Below the pieces are notes generated by a model, which searched no databases, had not been told where the DNA came from, and saw only the letters and a program-made list of their open reading frames with translations. Shown one piece after another: positions 44,041 to 55,928 of a stretch of DNA of 64,000 nucleotides; position 1 is the first letter of the stretch, and the number at the start of each line of letters is the position of its first letter. The stretch comes from Escherichia coli (GTDB lineage: Bacteria > Pseudomonadota > Gammaproteobacteria > Enterobacterales > Enterobacteriaceae), in the NCBI RefSeq assembly GCF_024700885.2, contig NZ_CP117016.1, one strand, 5' to 3'. The position numbers and the translations under genes are program-made.

Positions 44041-44645
44041 CAGAACAACTACGTCGCGAACTGGACTGGGAAAAAACCGACGGACTTATGCCGGTGATTG
44101 TGCAACACGCGGTATCTGGCGAAGTGTTAATGCTGGGCTATATGAACCCGGAAGCTCTGGACAAAACCATCGAAAGCGGCAAAGTCACCTTCTTCTCGCG
44201 CACTAAACAGCGACTGTGGACCAAAGGCGAAACGTCGGGCAATTTCCTCAACGTAGTAAATATTGCGCCGGACTGCGACAACGACACGTTACTGGTGCTG
44301 GCGAATCCCATCGGCCCGACCTGCCACAAAGGCACCAGCAGTTGCTTCGGCGACACCGCTCACCAGTGGCTGTTCCTGTATCAACTGGAACAACTGCTCG
44401 CCGAGCGCAAATCTGCCGATCCGGAAACCTCCTACACCGCCAAACTGTATGCCAGCGGCACCAAACGCATTGCGCAGAAAGTGGGTGAAGAAGGCGTGGA
44501 AACCGCGCTGGCCGCGACGGTCAATGACCGCTTCGAATTAACCAACGAAGCCTCTGATTTGATGTATCACCTGCTGGTGCTGTTACAGGATCAGGATCTG
44601 GATTTAACGACGGTAATTGAGAACCTGCGTAAACGACATCAGTGA
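44034..44645 (+). CDS. hisI: bifunctional phosphoribosyl-AMP cyclohydrolase / phosphoribosyl-ATP pyrophosphatase
   Basis: 203 aa, last gene of his operon. Confidence 0.9.
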
Positions 44646-44686
44646 GTTGCGGGGTAAGCGGATGCGATATTGTTGTCGCATCCGGC

Positions 44687-44729
44687 AAAAAAAACGGGCA
44701 AGGTGTCACCACCCTGCCCTTTTTCTTTA
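44687..44729. terminator. bidirectional terminator between hisI and wzzB
   Basis: GC-rich hairpin flanked by an A-run on the left and a T-run on the right. Confidence 0.55.
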
Positions 44730-44741
44730 AAACTGCAAAGA

Positions 44742-45722
44742 TTACTTCGCGTTGTAATTACGCAGAGCGTTACGCCCCAACACAATCCCCGCGCCAACCA
44801 TGCCGCCCAGCAGCACTGCCAGAATCAAGGTAATTGCCTTTTTCGGACTATCGCGACGAATAGGTAACGTCGGTTTCATCACATAACGGTAAGCATGAAT
44901 ATCAAGATCATCAACCTTTAAGCTTTCGATATCCAGCAGGTTTTGACGAGTCTGATAGTAGTTTGGCGAGAACACCAACGGACGGGTCGCCTCGTGCTTA
45001 ATCATCGACTCCAGCGCTTCGCTCCCCAAAAGGAACAACGTATCTTGTGTGATATCTTCGCCAGTCTGTTGAATCTGCGGTTTTGTCACCTGCGCCTGAT
45101 TCGCATACTGCAACGCTTCCTGAATCTGACGGATACGCAGATCTTTCTGCTCCTGCGCGACTACTTCCTGCGTTCTTAAAGAGTCCTGCAAGTTTTTCCG
45201 TCCCAGAGCAATGTTGTCTTTGAGATCCTTTTCTAGCTCTTGATTCACTTTATCGTCAACTTGCTGAATGTATTGGGCCAACTTCATTTGTGCGCCCTCT
45301 GCAGTTTGCCCAACATAAGAAACAGTCAATGGTAATTGCTGGTTCTTAACAGAAGGTTCGATGGTAAGTTTTTCTCGTTCTTCCTGATTATCCAGCGTTT
45401 CTGCTAATGCAGAGAAGGCAGAACTGAAGCGACCAATTAACGTCTCCTGCAAATCCGATACTTTCGGTGCAGCCTGACCATAGATAACATTCATGGCATT
45501 GTTATAGCCAGCAATTTGCCCCACGTCGGGCTGAGTGATAATTGCTGTTGACGTCCATTTCTCCTTCGCTACTGCCAAATATCCAATAGCCAGGGCAATA
45601 GCCACAATGACGGAAATGATGATTGTCATCTTGCCACGCCACAACTGCACTAGTAAATCAATCAAATCAATCTGTTCCGGGTCATGGTTTTGCCCAGAAA
45701 CATTATTATTTTCTACTCTCAT
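44742..45722 (-). CDS. wzzB: O-antigen chain length determinant (Wzz/Cld)
   Basis: MRVENNNVSGQNHDPEQIDLIDLL recognised; TM helices at both ends. Confidence 0.85.
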   Translation of the reverse strand: MRVENNNVSGQNHDPEQIDLIDLLVQLWRGKMTIIISVIVAIALAIGYLAVAKEKWTSTAIITQPDVGQIAGYNNAMNVIYGQAAPKVSDLQETLIGRFSSAFSALAETLDNQEEREKLTIEPSVKNQQLPLTVSYVGQTAEGAQMKLAQYIQQVDDKVNQELEKDLKDNIALGRKNLQDSLRTQEVVAQEQKDLRIRQIQEALQYANQAQVTKPQIQQTGEDITQDTLFLLGSEALESMIKHEATRPLVFSPNYYQTRQNLLDIESLKVDDLDIHAYRYVMKPTLPIRRDSPKKAITLILAVLLGGMVGAGIVLGRNALRNYNAK

Positions 45723-45867
45723 CATTACCCTAACTGACGGAAATTTCCAAGTCCGCATAGTTTAGCGATAATCCTCGTGAATGCTATAGGATAAGTGATA
45801 AAAATAATGAATTGTTGTGTAAGTAACAAAAGACAATCAGGGCGTAAATAGCCCTGATAACAAGATG

Positions 45868-47043
<1,176 letters not shown>

Positions 47044-47282
47044 TCAGAATTAACTTAACTGTGAATCATGATGTTTTTAGCATCCTGATAAGAGCTAAAA
47101 GTTTTAACGCTACGTTGTTCGATGGTCAACGCAACGAAAAACAATTCAGATTTTCTTTATAAGAATAGCTGATATTTATTAAGTTAATATTAAGCAGTGA
47201 AATTTAGTCTATAAGATATTTGGCAAAAAAAAGCCCGGTGCAATATACGCCGGGCCTCAATTTTATTGTTGGTTAAATCAGA

Positions 47283-48689
47283 TTAATCCAGCCATTCGGT
47301 ATGGAACACACCTTCTTTATCAATACGCTTATAAGTATGCGCACCAAAATAGTCACGCTGTGCCTGGATCAGGTTCGCAGGCAGAACAGCAGCACGGTAG
47401 CTGTCGTAATAGGCAACCGCTGCGGAGAAGGTCGGAACCGGAATACCGTTCTGTACTGCATAAGCAACGACATCACGCAGCGCCTGCTGGTAGTCATCGG
47501 CAATTTGCTTGAAGTACGGAGCCAGCAGCAGGTTAGCGATCTGCGGATTTTCGGCATAAGCATCGGTGATTTTCTGCAGGAACTGCGCACGGATGATGCA
47601 GCCAGCACGGAAAATCTTCGCGATTTCGCCGTAGTTCAGATCCCAGTTGTACTCTTCAGACGCAGCACGCAGCTGAGAGAAGCCCTGGGCGTAAGAAACG
47701 ATTTTGCCCAGATACAGCGCACGACGAACTTTTTCGATGAACTCAGCCTTGTCGCCTGCTGGCTGTGCTTGCGGACCAGAGAGAACTTTAGATGCGGCAA
47801 CACGCTGATCTTTCAGAGAAGAGATATAACGTGCAAACACAGACTCGGTAATCAGCGACAGCGGTTCGCCGAGATCCAGCGCGCTCTGGCTGGTCCATTT
47901 ACCGGTACCTTTGTTAGCCGCTTCATCCAGGATCACATCAACCAGGTAGTTACCGTCTTCATCTTTTTTGGTGAAGATATCTTTGGTGATGTCGATCAGG
48001 TAACTGCTCAGTTCACCGTTATTCCACTCGGTAAAGGTCTGCGCCAGTTCTTCGTTGGTGAGGTTCAGGCCACCTTTAAGCAGAGAATAGGCTTCAGCAA
48101 TCAGTTGCATATCACCGTATTCGATACCGTTGTGAACCATCTTCACATAATGGCCTGCGCCATCGGCACCAATATAGGTAACGCATGGCTCCCCGTCTTC
48201 AGCTACTGCGGCGATTTTGGTCAGGATTGGTGCAACCAGTTCATAGGCTTCTTTCTGCCCACCAGGCATAATAGAAGGACCTTTCAGCGCGCCTTCTTCA
48301 CCACCGGAGACACCGGTACCAATGAAGTTAAAGCCTTCGGCAGAAAGTTCACGGTTACGACGAATGGTGTCCTGGAAGAAGGTATTGCCACCATCAATGA
48401 TGATGTCACCTTTATCGAGATATGGTTTGAGGGAATCAATAGCAGCATCCGTGCCTGCACCTGCTTTCACCATTAACAGGATGCGACGAGGCGTTTCCAG
48501 AGATTCAACAAACTCTTTCACCGTATAGTAAGGAACCAGTTTCTTGCCTGGATTTTCGGCAATCACTTCTTCCGTCTTTTCACGGGAACGGTTGAAAATA
48601 GAGACGGTATAACCACGGCTTTCGATGTTGAGCGCAAGGTTGCGCCCCATCACTGCCATACCGACTACGCCGATCTGTTGCTTTGACAT
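47283..48689 (-). CDS. gnd: 6-phosphogluconate dehydrogenase (decarboxylating)
   Basis: [21 protein letters not shown], 468 aa. Confidence 0.9.
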   Translation of the reverse strand: MSKQQIGVVGMAVMGRNLALNIESRGYTVSIFNRSREKTEEVIAENPGKKLVPYYTVKEFVESLETPRRILLMVKAGAGTDAAIDSLKPYLDKGDIIIDGGNTFFQDTIRRNRELSAEGFNFIGTGVSGGEEGALKGPSIMPGGQKEAYELVAPILTKIAAVAEDGEPCVTYIGADGAGHYVKMVHNGIEYGDMQLIAEAYSLLKGGLNLTNEELAQTFTEWNNGELSSYLIDITKDIFTKKDEDGNYLVDVILDEAANKGTGKWTSQSALDLGEPLSLITESVFARYISSLKDQRVAASKVLSGPQAQPAGDKAEFIEKVRRALYLGKIVSYAQGFSQLRAASEEYNWDLNYGEIAKIFRAGCIIRAQFLQKITDAYAENPQIANLLLAPYFKQIADDYQQALRDVVAYAVQNGIPVPTFSAAVAYYDSYRAAVLPANLIQAQRDYFGAHTYKRIDKEGVFHTEWLD

Positions 48690-48806
48690 TGTTTACTCCT
48701 GTCAGGGGGTGGTCACCGCGCAAGATATGCGCAGCTTGAAATATGGTATGGATGTTAACTCAGGTTTAGCTTGGGTAGATAGCAGAAGATGTACTTTAGA
48801 CAAGCA

Positions 48807-49205
48807 TCACACGAACGATTTTGCAAAAGAAGGGTCAAATGGCCCCTCCTTAACTTCCACCATAAGAGCACGCGGAGATAGGCATTCGACACTGTGTATA
48901 TCGCCCGGAGAAAACTCCACAATGCTCATTCCAGTATTATCTCCTGCTATAAATTGCTTTATAACCTCACCATTTCTACCATACAAACAAACCTGAAGTT
49001 GCCCCTCCATAACAATGAACATTTCCCACTGATGAGGAAGTTCGTGATAATGCGGTTCAACATAGCTGCCCTTTACTAATGCAATAAGTAAACGCTGTAC
49101 CTTTTCTTGATGCGAGCCGTGCATCATAAGGTGGGAACGTAAACGTTCCGATTGCCCGGCTTGATCATATAATTCGTCGAGTTGGTCATTATCAATTAAT
49201 CGCAT
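48807..49205 (-). CDS. wbuC: WbuC-like cupin protein of L-FucNAc O-antigen clusters
   Basis: 132 aa, last gene before gnd, overlapping the upstream GT stop. Confidence 0.5.
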   Translation of the reverse strand: MRLIDNDQLDELYDQAGQSERLRSHLMMHGSHQEKVQRLLIALVKGSYVEPHYHELPHQWEMFIVMEGQLQVCLYGRNGEVIKQFIAGDNTGMSIVEFSPGDIHSVECLSPRALMVEVKEGPFDPSFAKSFV

Positions 49206-50406
49206 TGCATGCCTCCAACCTCATTTCTATCGTCTGTGCCGCAGACTCAACGGAGAATTGTTCTTTCAACAATATATTCGCCCCCGAACCAAGTTGCCGG
49301 CGCACATCAATATCATGCAACATTAATAGCGCAGATTGACATAATTTATCGTCCTCACCATTGACATGGATTAATCCCGCATTATTTTGATTGACAATGT
49401 CGAGCAAATCATTTCCGGCATTTACGCTACCTAAAATAGGTAGCGACTGAACCATATAGCCTAATAACTTACCAGGAAAATTATGGGAAGAGTGTCTAGC
49501 GGAAAGAGAAAACAAGCCGATATCCATTTCCGACAAAATGAACTTAAATTCATCTTGGTTAACCGAGGGCAAATAGGTGAAATTCGTCAATGCCCACTCA
49601 GATGCTAATGAATTAATTAATTCAACTTCATCCCCCTGGCCAATAAATAGGAAATGAGCTTGAGGATATGCTGCCATGTTTCTCACAAGTCGCATCAAGT
49701 TTGTCATGTCCTGTGCATGACCTATGTTTCCACCATAGAAGAAAATGGTTTTATCCTCTAGGCCAAGTCGCTTACGTAGTGGTATATAATCCTTGGGTAT
49801 GATCGTTGGTGTTAGGGATGCCCAATTACGCAAAACTTCGCACGGATAGCCTTTATTATCTTTCCGAAAAACATCAAGATTCTTATCAGACATAAGTCCA
49901 ATACGATTTGCCTGACGATAAGATATTTTTTCAAAAAGACGAAAGTAGCGTTCTATTGGGGAACCAGCATTAAGCATTCCTGCATCAATTACCCATTGTG
50001 GAAACATATCTCTTAAAATAAGATAAGCAGGACATTGGCAACGAGCTTTAATTTTTTTAACTAAAGGCCCCCAGAATATGGAAGGTGAATAATAAATCAC
50101 CCCCTCAAAGGTCTCTTTTTTTACCCATTTTTTGATGGCTTTCCACGCCCGATAGGACAAAAGCGTTTCATTGACCGCTCGCTGAATTTTACTTACATCC
50201 TTGAGCGGCCCGCTTTTAAAACGCCATGTTTTTACCCCCTGAAAGGTATCAAAAGAAATCTCTTCTTGCATGCCCGTACCAGGAGTAATTACCGTAACAT
50301 CGTGCCCACGCTGGATAAATTCTTGAGCAAGTTCATGAAACATTTTTGCACCAACACGAGTACTGTTGGGCAGGTAATCATCTATGATTAAAGCAAGTTT
50401 CATCAA
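49192..50406 (-). CDS. wbuB: glycosyltransferase family 4 (putative L-FucNAc transferase WbuB-like)
   Basis: 404 aa directly after fnlC. Confidence 0.65.
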   Translation of the reverse strand: MMKLALIIDDYLPNSTRVGAKMFHELAQEFIQRGHDVTVITPGTGMQEEISFDTFQGVKTWRFKSGPLKDVSKIQRAVNETLLSYRAWKAIKKWVKKETFEGVIYYSPSIFWGPLVKKIKARCQCPAYLILRDMFPQWVIDAGMLNAGSPIERYFRLFEKISYRQANRIGLMSDKNLDVFRKDNKGYPCEVLRNWASLTPTIIPKDYIPLRKRLGLEDKTIFFYGGNIGHAQDMTNLMRLVRNMAAYPQAHFLFIGQGDEVELINSLASEWALTNFTYLPSVNQDEFKFILSEMDIGLFSLSARHSSHNFPGKLLGYMVQSLPILGSVNAGNDLLDIVNQNNAGLIHVNGEDDKLCQSALLMLHDIDVRRQLGSGANILLKEQFSVESAAQTIEMRLEACNAIN

Positions 50407-51533
50407 TATTCTTTCCAGACGACTCTCTTAACATAATCTGTGTAAGAGTGAACAATTCTGACAACTTTATCCGACACATTTGGCATGCTGTAATCACTAA
50501 CCTGACGTAAAAGACGGACTTCACCTCGCGGTTGTGTTGCCAGAATATCCAGCGCTTGTAATACGCGTTCACACTCTAACCCCACCATCATGACGGATGC
50601 TTCCTCAAAGCCTTCCGGACGCTCATGCGCTTCCCGGATGTTTACCGCTGGGAAATTCATGATGGATGACTCTTCAGTGATAGTACCGCTATCTGAAAGC
50701 ACAGCTCGTGAGTTCTTCTGCAAGTGGTTATAATCATGGAAACCCAATGGTTTCAGTAGATTTATATTTGAATGAAATTCAATTCCTTGCTCACGGATTC
50801 GGTTACGTGTCCTTGGGTGTGTGGAGACAATAACTGGAAGATTATATTTTTCAGCAACAGTATTTAGAATGTTCGCAAGCTTTACGAGCTGTTTTGGAGA
50901 ATCAACATTCTCTTCACGATGCGCACTTACTACAAAAAACTCACCAGACTGTAGATTCAAACGCGATAGCACATCTGAACCATCAATTTGGGGCATATAA
51001 TATGAAAGAACCTCAAACATAGGGCTACCAGTTTTTATGATCCGATCAGCTGGGATACCTTCAGCCAAGAGATATTCACGAGCAATATCACTGTAGGTCA
51101 TATTGATATCAGCCGTATGGTCAACAATACGTCTGTTGGTTTCTTCAGGCACGCGTTGATCGAAACAACGGTTACCTGCTTCCATATGAAATATAGGCAC
51201 TTTACGGCGTTTGGCCGGAATGGCAGAAATACATGAATTCGTATCGCCCAATACCAGTATTGCTTCAGGTTTTTCGATTTCTAATACTTCATCTACCTTA
51301 ATAATAACCTGACCAATGGTTTCCGCCGCATTTTTACCCGCTGCATTTAAAAAATAATCAGGTTTTCGAACACCCAAGTCATTGAAGAACACTTCATTTA
51401 ATTCGTAATCATAATTTTGACCAGTATGGACAATAATATGCTCGCAGTATTCATCAAACTTAGCAAGAACCCTCGACAAACGGATAATCTCAGGACGGGT
51501 TCCAACAACAGACATAACTTTTAATTTTTTCAT
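50403..51533 (-). CDS. fnlC: UDP-N-acetylglucosamine 2-epimerase (FnlC)
   Basis: 376 aa non-hydrolysing 2-epimerase signature. Confidence 0.8.
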   Translation of the reverse strand: MKKLKVMSVVGTRPEIIRLSRVLAKFDEYCEHIIVHTGQNYDYELNEVFFNDLGVRKPDYFLNAAGKNAAETIGQVIIKVDEVLEIEKPEAILVLGDTNSCISAIPAKRRKVPIFHMEAGNRCFDQRVPEETNRRIVDHTADINMTYSDIAREYLLAEGIPADRIIKTGSPMFEVLSYYMPQIDGSDVLSRLNLQSGEFFVVSAHREENVDSPKQLVKLANILNTVAEKYNLPVIVSTHPRTRNRIREQGIEFHSNINLLKPLGFHDYNHLQKNSRAVLSDSGTITEESSIMNFPAVNIREAHERPEGFEEASVMMVGLECERVLQALDILATQPRGEVRLLRQVSDYSMPNVSDKVVRIVHSYTDYVKRVVWKEY

Positions 51534-52636
51534 TATAGAGGTCTCGCAATAGTATCGGGCTCATCACGGTTGAAAATTTCATTTGCCCAGAGCATGACTA
51601 TTAATTCATCAGTTCCAATATTTGTAATGTCATGTGTCCAACCAGGAACTGTTTCAACAATCTTAAACTCACCCGATGAAACTTTCAGTTCATATCGCTC
51701 ACCGGTAATCACATGTTCAAATTTAAAGCATGCCTGACCTCGAATGACCAAAAACTTCTCATTTTTACTGTGATGGTAATGTCCGCCACGCGTAATACCA
51801 GGGTGAGCAGTAAAAAATGAAAACTGCCCCGCTGAAGGCGTTTTCAACATCTCACAAAAGACTCCGCGGGCATCCCCATAAAAAGGTACCTTGTACGCAA
51901 ACTTCTCTGCTGGTAAATAACTCAGCCATGTAGAATACAATGCACGGGTAAATCCCGCCCCGACAGCCTCTGTGATCAGGGTGGAACGGCTATTTTTGAA
52001 GCTATAAATTAATTCTGCAACTTCACCAACTGTTGTTGAATAAATTGGTGCAACAACTTTATATCCACTTTCAACCGTCCCAGAGAGAAGAGCTATAGCA
52101 TCAGTACAAACATCATCAATATAGACCAGATTGACTGGCGCTGCTGCATCATTGATAGTAATCTCAATATCATTGGAAATATTGTAGCAAAAAGTTGCTA
52201 TAAAAGAATTATAGTTTGGCTTACACCATTTACCAAAAACGTTTGGATATCTGAAAATATAATACGAAGAACCACTAGCAGCAGCATATTTTTCGACATA
52301 GCTTTCAGCTACAGCTTTGCTAACCCCATAAGCATTATTAAGTTCAGCTTGTATCGAAGAACTTAGCATAATTGGTGTATTCTTACCAATAGAAAGGAGA
52401 TACTCAACTATATGCTTTGTTAAATCACTGTTTCCAGAAATAAACTCATCATCAGTCTTAGGTCTATTGATACCAGCTAAGTGATAAATAAAATCGGCAT
52501 CCTGTAAGCCTTGTTCAAGATCTTGCTTCGTTGATTCTCGATCAATTCTAATAAGATCTTTATAACCAAGTTCCTCAAGCCTCAAACATAAATTACGACC
52601 AATAAAACCATTTGCACCAGTAACTAATATTTTCAT
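51533..52636 (-). CDS. fnlB: FnlB-like reductase/epimerase (Cap5F-like)
   Basis: MKILVTGANGFIG Rossmann start; track ORF trimmed. Confidence 0.75.
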   Translation of the reverse strand: MKILVTGANGFIGRNLCLRLEELGYKDLIRIDRESTKQDLEQGLQDADFIYHLAGINRPKTDDEFISGNSDLTKHIVEYLLSIGKNTPIMLSSSIQAELNNAYGVSKAVAESYVEKYAAASGSSYYIFRYPNVFGKWCKPNYNSFIATFCYNISNDIEITINDAAAPVNLVYIDDVCTDAIALLSGTVESGYKVVAPIYSTTVGEVAELIYSFKNSRSTLITEAVGAGFTRALYSTWLSYLPAEKFAYKVPFYGDARGVFCEMLKTPSAGQFSFFTAHPGITRGGHYHHSKNEKFLVIRGQACFKFEHVITGERYELKVSSGEFKIVETVPGWTHDITNIGTDELIVMLWANEIFNRDEPDTIARPL

Positions 52637-52637
52637 A

Positions 52638-53672
52638 TCATGAATCCAGATTATATTTTTCACCAGCACGAATTGCTCGAATAAAGGCTAATTTTAGCAA
52701 GAGCTCTTTCATGCCTTCAACATCTAACCGTTGAGTATTATGAGAGTTATAATCTTCTATTTCAGATATTCGGCTATCACCTTGCTCAACATATTTGCCA
52801 TAATTAAGGTCACGAAGATCTGGCGGGACACGGTAATAATCGCCCATATCTATAGCAGCGATCATTTCCTCACGACTAAGTAGAGCTTCATATAATTTCT
52901 CGCCATGACGCGTTCCAATGACATTTACCGGATGGTCAGGAACATTTAGTAATTCCTTTAAAGCAATAGCTAATGTGTCAATAGTTGCTGCAGGTGCTTT
53001 TTGCACAAAGATATCACCATTATTACCATGTTCAAACGCATAAAGAACTAAATCTACCGCATCCTCAAGAGTCATCATAAAGCGGGTCATATTAGGATCA
53101 GTTATTGTGAGTGGCTTGCCCGCTCTAATAAGATCAACAAATAATGGAATAACTGAACCGCGAGATGCCATAACATTCCCATAACGGGTACCACATATTA
53201 CTGTTTTATTGCGATCAACATTACGGGATTTCGCGACCATGACCTTTTCCATCATAGCTTTTGAAATACCCATTGCGTTAATCGGGTATACAGCTTTATC
53301 AGTACTTAGGCATACAACCCTCTTCACTTCATTCGCTATAGCTGCTTCAAGAACATTTTCCGTACCAAGGATATTAGTTTTAACGGCTTCCATAGGATGA
53401 AATTCACATGATGGAACTTGCTTAAGTGCCGCTGCATGATATATAAAATCAACACCGCGAGTCGCATTCAAAATACTACGGTAATCTCTGACATCACCAA
53501 TATAGAACTTTAATTTTTGATTATTGTATTTTTTCCGCATATCATCTTGTTTTTTTTCATCACGACTAAATATACGGATTTCTGCAATATCTGTATCAAG
53601 AAATCTATTTAATACAGCATTCCCGAAAGAGCCAGTACCACCAGTAATTAACAGTGTTTTAGATGAAAACAT
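52638..53672 (-). CDS. fnlA: UDP-GlcNAc 4,6-dehydratase/5-epimerase (FnlA/CapE-like)
   Basis: TGGTGSFG motif, 344 aa. Confidence 0.85.
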   Translation of the reverse strand: MFSSKTLLITGGTGSFGNAVLNRFLDTDIAEIRIFSRDEKKQDDMRKKYNNQKLKFYIGDVRDYRSILNATRGVDFIYHAAALKQVPSCEFHPMEAVKTNILGTENVLEAAIANEVKRVVCLSTDKAVYPINAMGISKAMMEKVMVAKSRNVDRNKTVICGTRYGNVMASRGSVIPLFVDLIRAGKPLTITDPNMTRFMMTLEDAVDLVLYAFEHGNNGDIFVQKAPAATIDTLAIALKELLNVPDHPVNVIGTRHGEKLYEALLSREEMIAAIDMGDYYRVPPDLRDLNYGKYVEQGDSRISEIEDYNSHNTQRLDVEGMKELLLKLAFIRAIRAGEKYNLDS

Positions 53673-53713
53673 AATAACCGAACCTCAAATCATTGACAAA
53701 TATACTCTGGAAG

Positions 53714-54892
53714 CTATTTACTTACTTGACCTAACTTATTAGTAATTGAACTCTGTCCACTAAGTGTTACTCTATTCAAAAACATATATATAAAAGATAG
53801 AAAGAAATAGCCGTTAGATCCTAAAACTAAACCTTTGGTATTGAAAATTATCCCAATTAACATCCATATAATTGCTTGATATGTCATTCCAAATGTCGCA
53901 ATAGAAATAGTAAAGATTAAAAATAAAAAGAGTGTAATAAATGTTAACCCACCGTAATTAAACAGTATAACCCAGCCCATATCCGAACTTTGTTTAATAT
54001 CGGGGATTGATGAAGATATGTTTTGCTGTAATCCAAATATAATATTAAAAAAATCTAAATTACCTACAACAAACACATGTTGCTGTAATAAGATATCCAG
54101 AGTTCTTGTGCCATCTCCAGAAACGAACTCATCATAAAATCGAGGAAAGAACACTGCTCCTAAGCTATAAACTAAAACTCCCAAAATCAATACTGTTGCA
54201 ATTTTTATATTAATATTAAGTCTAGAGCAACCGATACCAATAATGGCTGCAATCACAGCCATGTTAGAATTTACGATTTGAGTCAGACAAATTAAAGTAA
54301 TTAAAGCATAACGCCTTTTCATCATAAAAAATGACATATAGATCATCAAAAATGGTGTCATGAAATTTATTTCACCCGACAACCCAAATCCTCTTACTTT
54401 AGCATTTTGTTCCCAAAGATTAACAGAGTCAGACATACCAAAGAAAGTATATAACAATCTTTTTAACTCTGGACTTATATACATACCAAAAAAAATAACT
54501 ATTTGAACCCAGAGAGAATACACTAATATTCGCTCCATTAATTTCAAGTCACCCTTTATGAATCTATTTACTAAATAATACGCAGGAACAAATGAAAATA
54601 AAAACAACATAAATAATCTAACGGTAAAATAACTTTGAAAAGAATGGCTTTTTTGAAACAAATCGAAAACCAAACAAAATAAAAAAATAATTATGAATAT
54701 AGATAACAGCAACAAATTTTTACGATCTATAGATACCAATCCATTGCCCATAGTAATCATAAAATTACGCACTAAATACATAATACCAAAAAATGCAGGA
54801 ATAAATGCCAAATATAAGAAAGGTATTATCAGCGACAATCTAAAAAAAACAACAAAAAATAATAAAAAAGCCATCAATGCATTATACTTCAT
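53714..54892 (-). CDS. wzy: O-antigen polymerase (Wzy-like)
   Basis: 392 aa polytopic membrane protein, very AT-rich gene. Confidence 0.55.
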   Translation of the reverse strand: MKYNALMAFLLFFVVFFRLSLIIPFLYLAFIPAFFGIMYLVRNFMITMGNGLVSIDRKNLLLLSIFIIIFLFCLVFDLFQKSHSFQSYFTVRLFMLFLFSFVPAYYLVNRFIKGDLKLMERILVYSLWVQIVIFFGMYISPELKRLLYTFFGMSDSVNLWEQNAKVRGFGLSGEINFMTPFLMIYMSFFMMKRRYALITLICLTQIVNSNMAVIAAIIGIGCSRLNINIKIATVLILGVLVYSLGAVFFPRFYDEFVSGDGTRTLDILLQQHVFVVGNLDFFNIIFGLQQNISSSIPDIKQSSDMGWVILFNYGGLTFITLFLFLIFTISIATFGMTYQAIIWMLIGIIFNTKGLVLGSNGYFFLSFIYMFLNRVTLSGQSSITNKLGQVSK

Positions 54893-54941
54893 TGTTTTTT
54901 ACCTTCCATACAAATGTCTTAATAAATGAAGATAGCATCAT

Positions 54942-55928
54942 CTATATATACCAGTTCTTAAGCAAATCATCTGTTTTTGAGGTGCCACGCTCTCCAATAC
55001 CATGTATATATGCCGAAATCAACACATATCTGTAAAGAATTGGGAAATAGAGTTTTTTATTTGCATCTGTTTTTTTTAAAAATTGTATTATTTTTTTAAA
55101 AATAAATTTATTGAAAAATATTGATTGGCATATTTTACTAAACGTTTTGTGTTTACTAAATATTTTCTCAACTAGGAATAATTTTTTATTAGTAGAAAAC
55201 ATTTCAGGCCTTACTTTGCTTAATACATTCATACCATCACGTGCTGTAGCACGAATTTTTTTTGTATATCCTTCTATATCGCCACTGTATTCGTGATGTA
55301 ATATTTTAAAATCAGCAAAAATAATTTTGAAGTCATTTTTTTCAAGTTGCCACCCAAACTCATGATCTTCACAACCATAACCAATAAAATTTTCATTATA
55401 TGAAACTATACCTGATGAAAATGCCTTTCTATCAAGAACACAATTCATTGCGACAAAAGTCCAGGCATTCATAGAGATATCAGGACTATCACTAAACTTA
55501 GGGTGTAAAGAGTTCCTGTAGCGATAGTAATTGCTGGTCTCAATGAGTTCATTTTCGAATCTAACTTCCCCACATAAAACGCTTTTACTATTCATTTTTT
55601 TTAAATAGTTCAGCAACGATGATATATATCCACTTGCGGGTATACAATCATCATCAAGAAATATTAAATAATCCCCATGGGCTAGGGATGCTCCGAAATT
55701 GCGCTTAGCGGAGAGTATATTTTTAGTATGTTGATGGATAATATTAATATTTTTCTTTTTATGAATATTATCAGCAACTACATCATCAATTTCTTTACCA
55801 CTATGACTATCGGAAACAATTACTTCTAGGTGTAGACTATTGTCTTTAGCCTGAGAATCGAGCTCAGAGAGAATCAATTCTAATTGAACTGGGCGTTTCC
55901 AAACAGATATTATTACCGAGATATTCAT
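54942..55928 (-). CDS. glycosyltransferase family 2
   Basis: 328 aa, LIFLDDDCIP DxD region. Confidence 0.7.
   Translation of the reverse strand: MNISVIISVWKRPVQLELILSELDSQAKDNSLHLEVIVSDSHSGKEIDDVVADNIHKKKNINIIHQHTKNILSAKRNFGASLAHGDYLIFLDDDCIPASGYISSLLNYLKKMNSKSVLCGEVRFENELIETSNYYRYRNSLHPKFSDSPDISMNAWTFVAMNCVLDRKAFSSGIVSYNENFIGYGCEDHEFGWQLEKNDFKIIFADFKILHHEYSGDIEGYTKKIRATARDGMNVLSKVRPEMFSTNKKLFLVEKIFSKHKTFSKICQSIFFNKFIFKKIIQFLKKTDANKKLYFPILYRYVLISAYIHGIGERGTSKTDDLLKNWYI

Noticed and set aside
44658-44694. First hairpin after hisI (CGGATGCGA..TCGCATCCG) as the his terminator
   Set aside because: It is followed by an A-run rather than a T-run on the plus strand. The adjacent second hairpin, flanked by A- and T-runs, fits a bidirectional terminator better; the first may be a REP-like element.
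47301-48476. 391-aa plus-strand ORF antisense to gnd, and similar long antisense ORFs (1577..2449, 9217..10509, 20295..21047, 22755..23756)
   Set aside because: They lie entirely within confidently identified genes on the opposite strand and have no RBS or recognisable motifs; these are typical GC-rich antisense frames.
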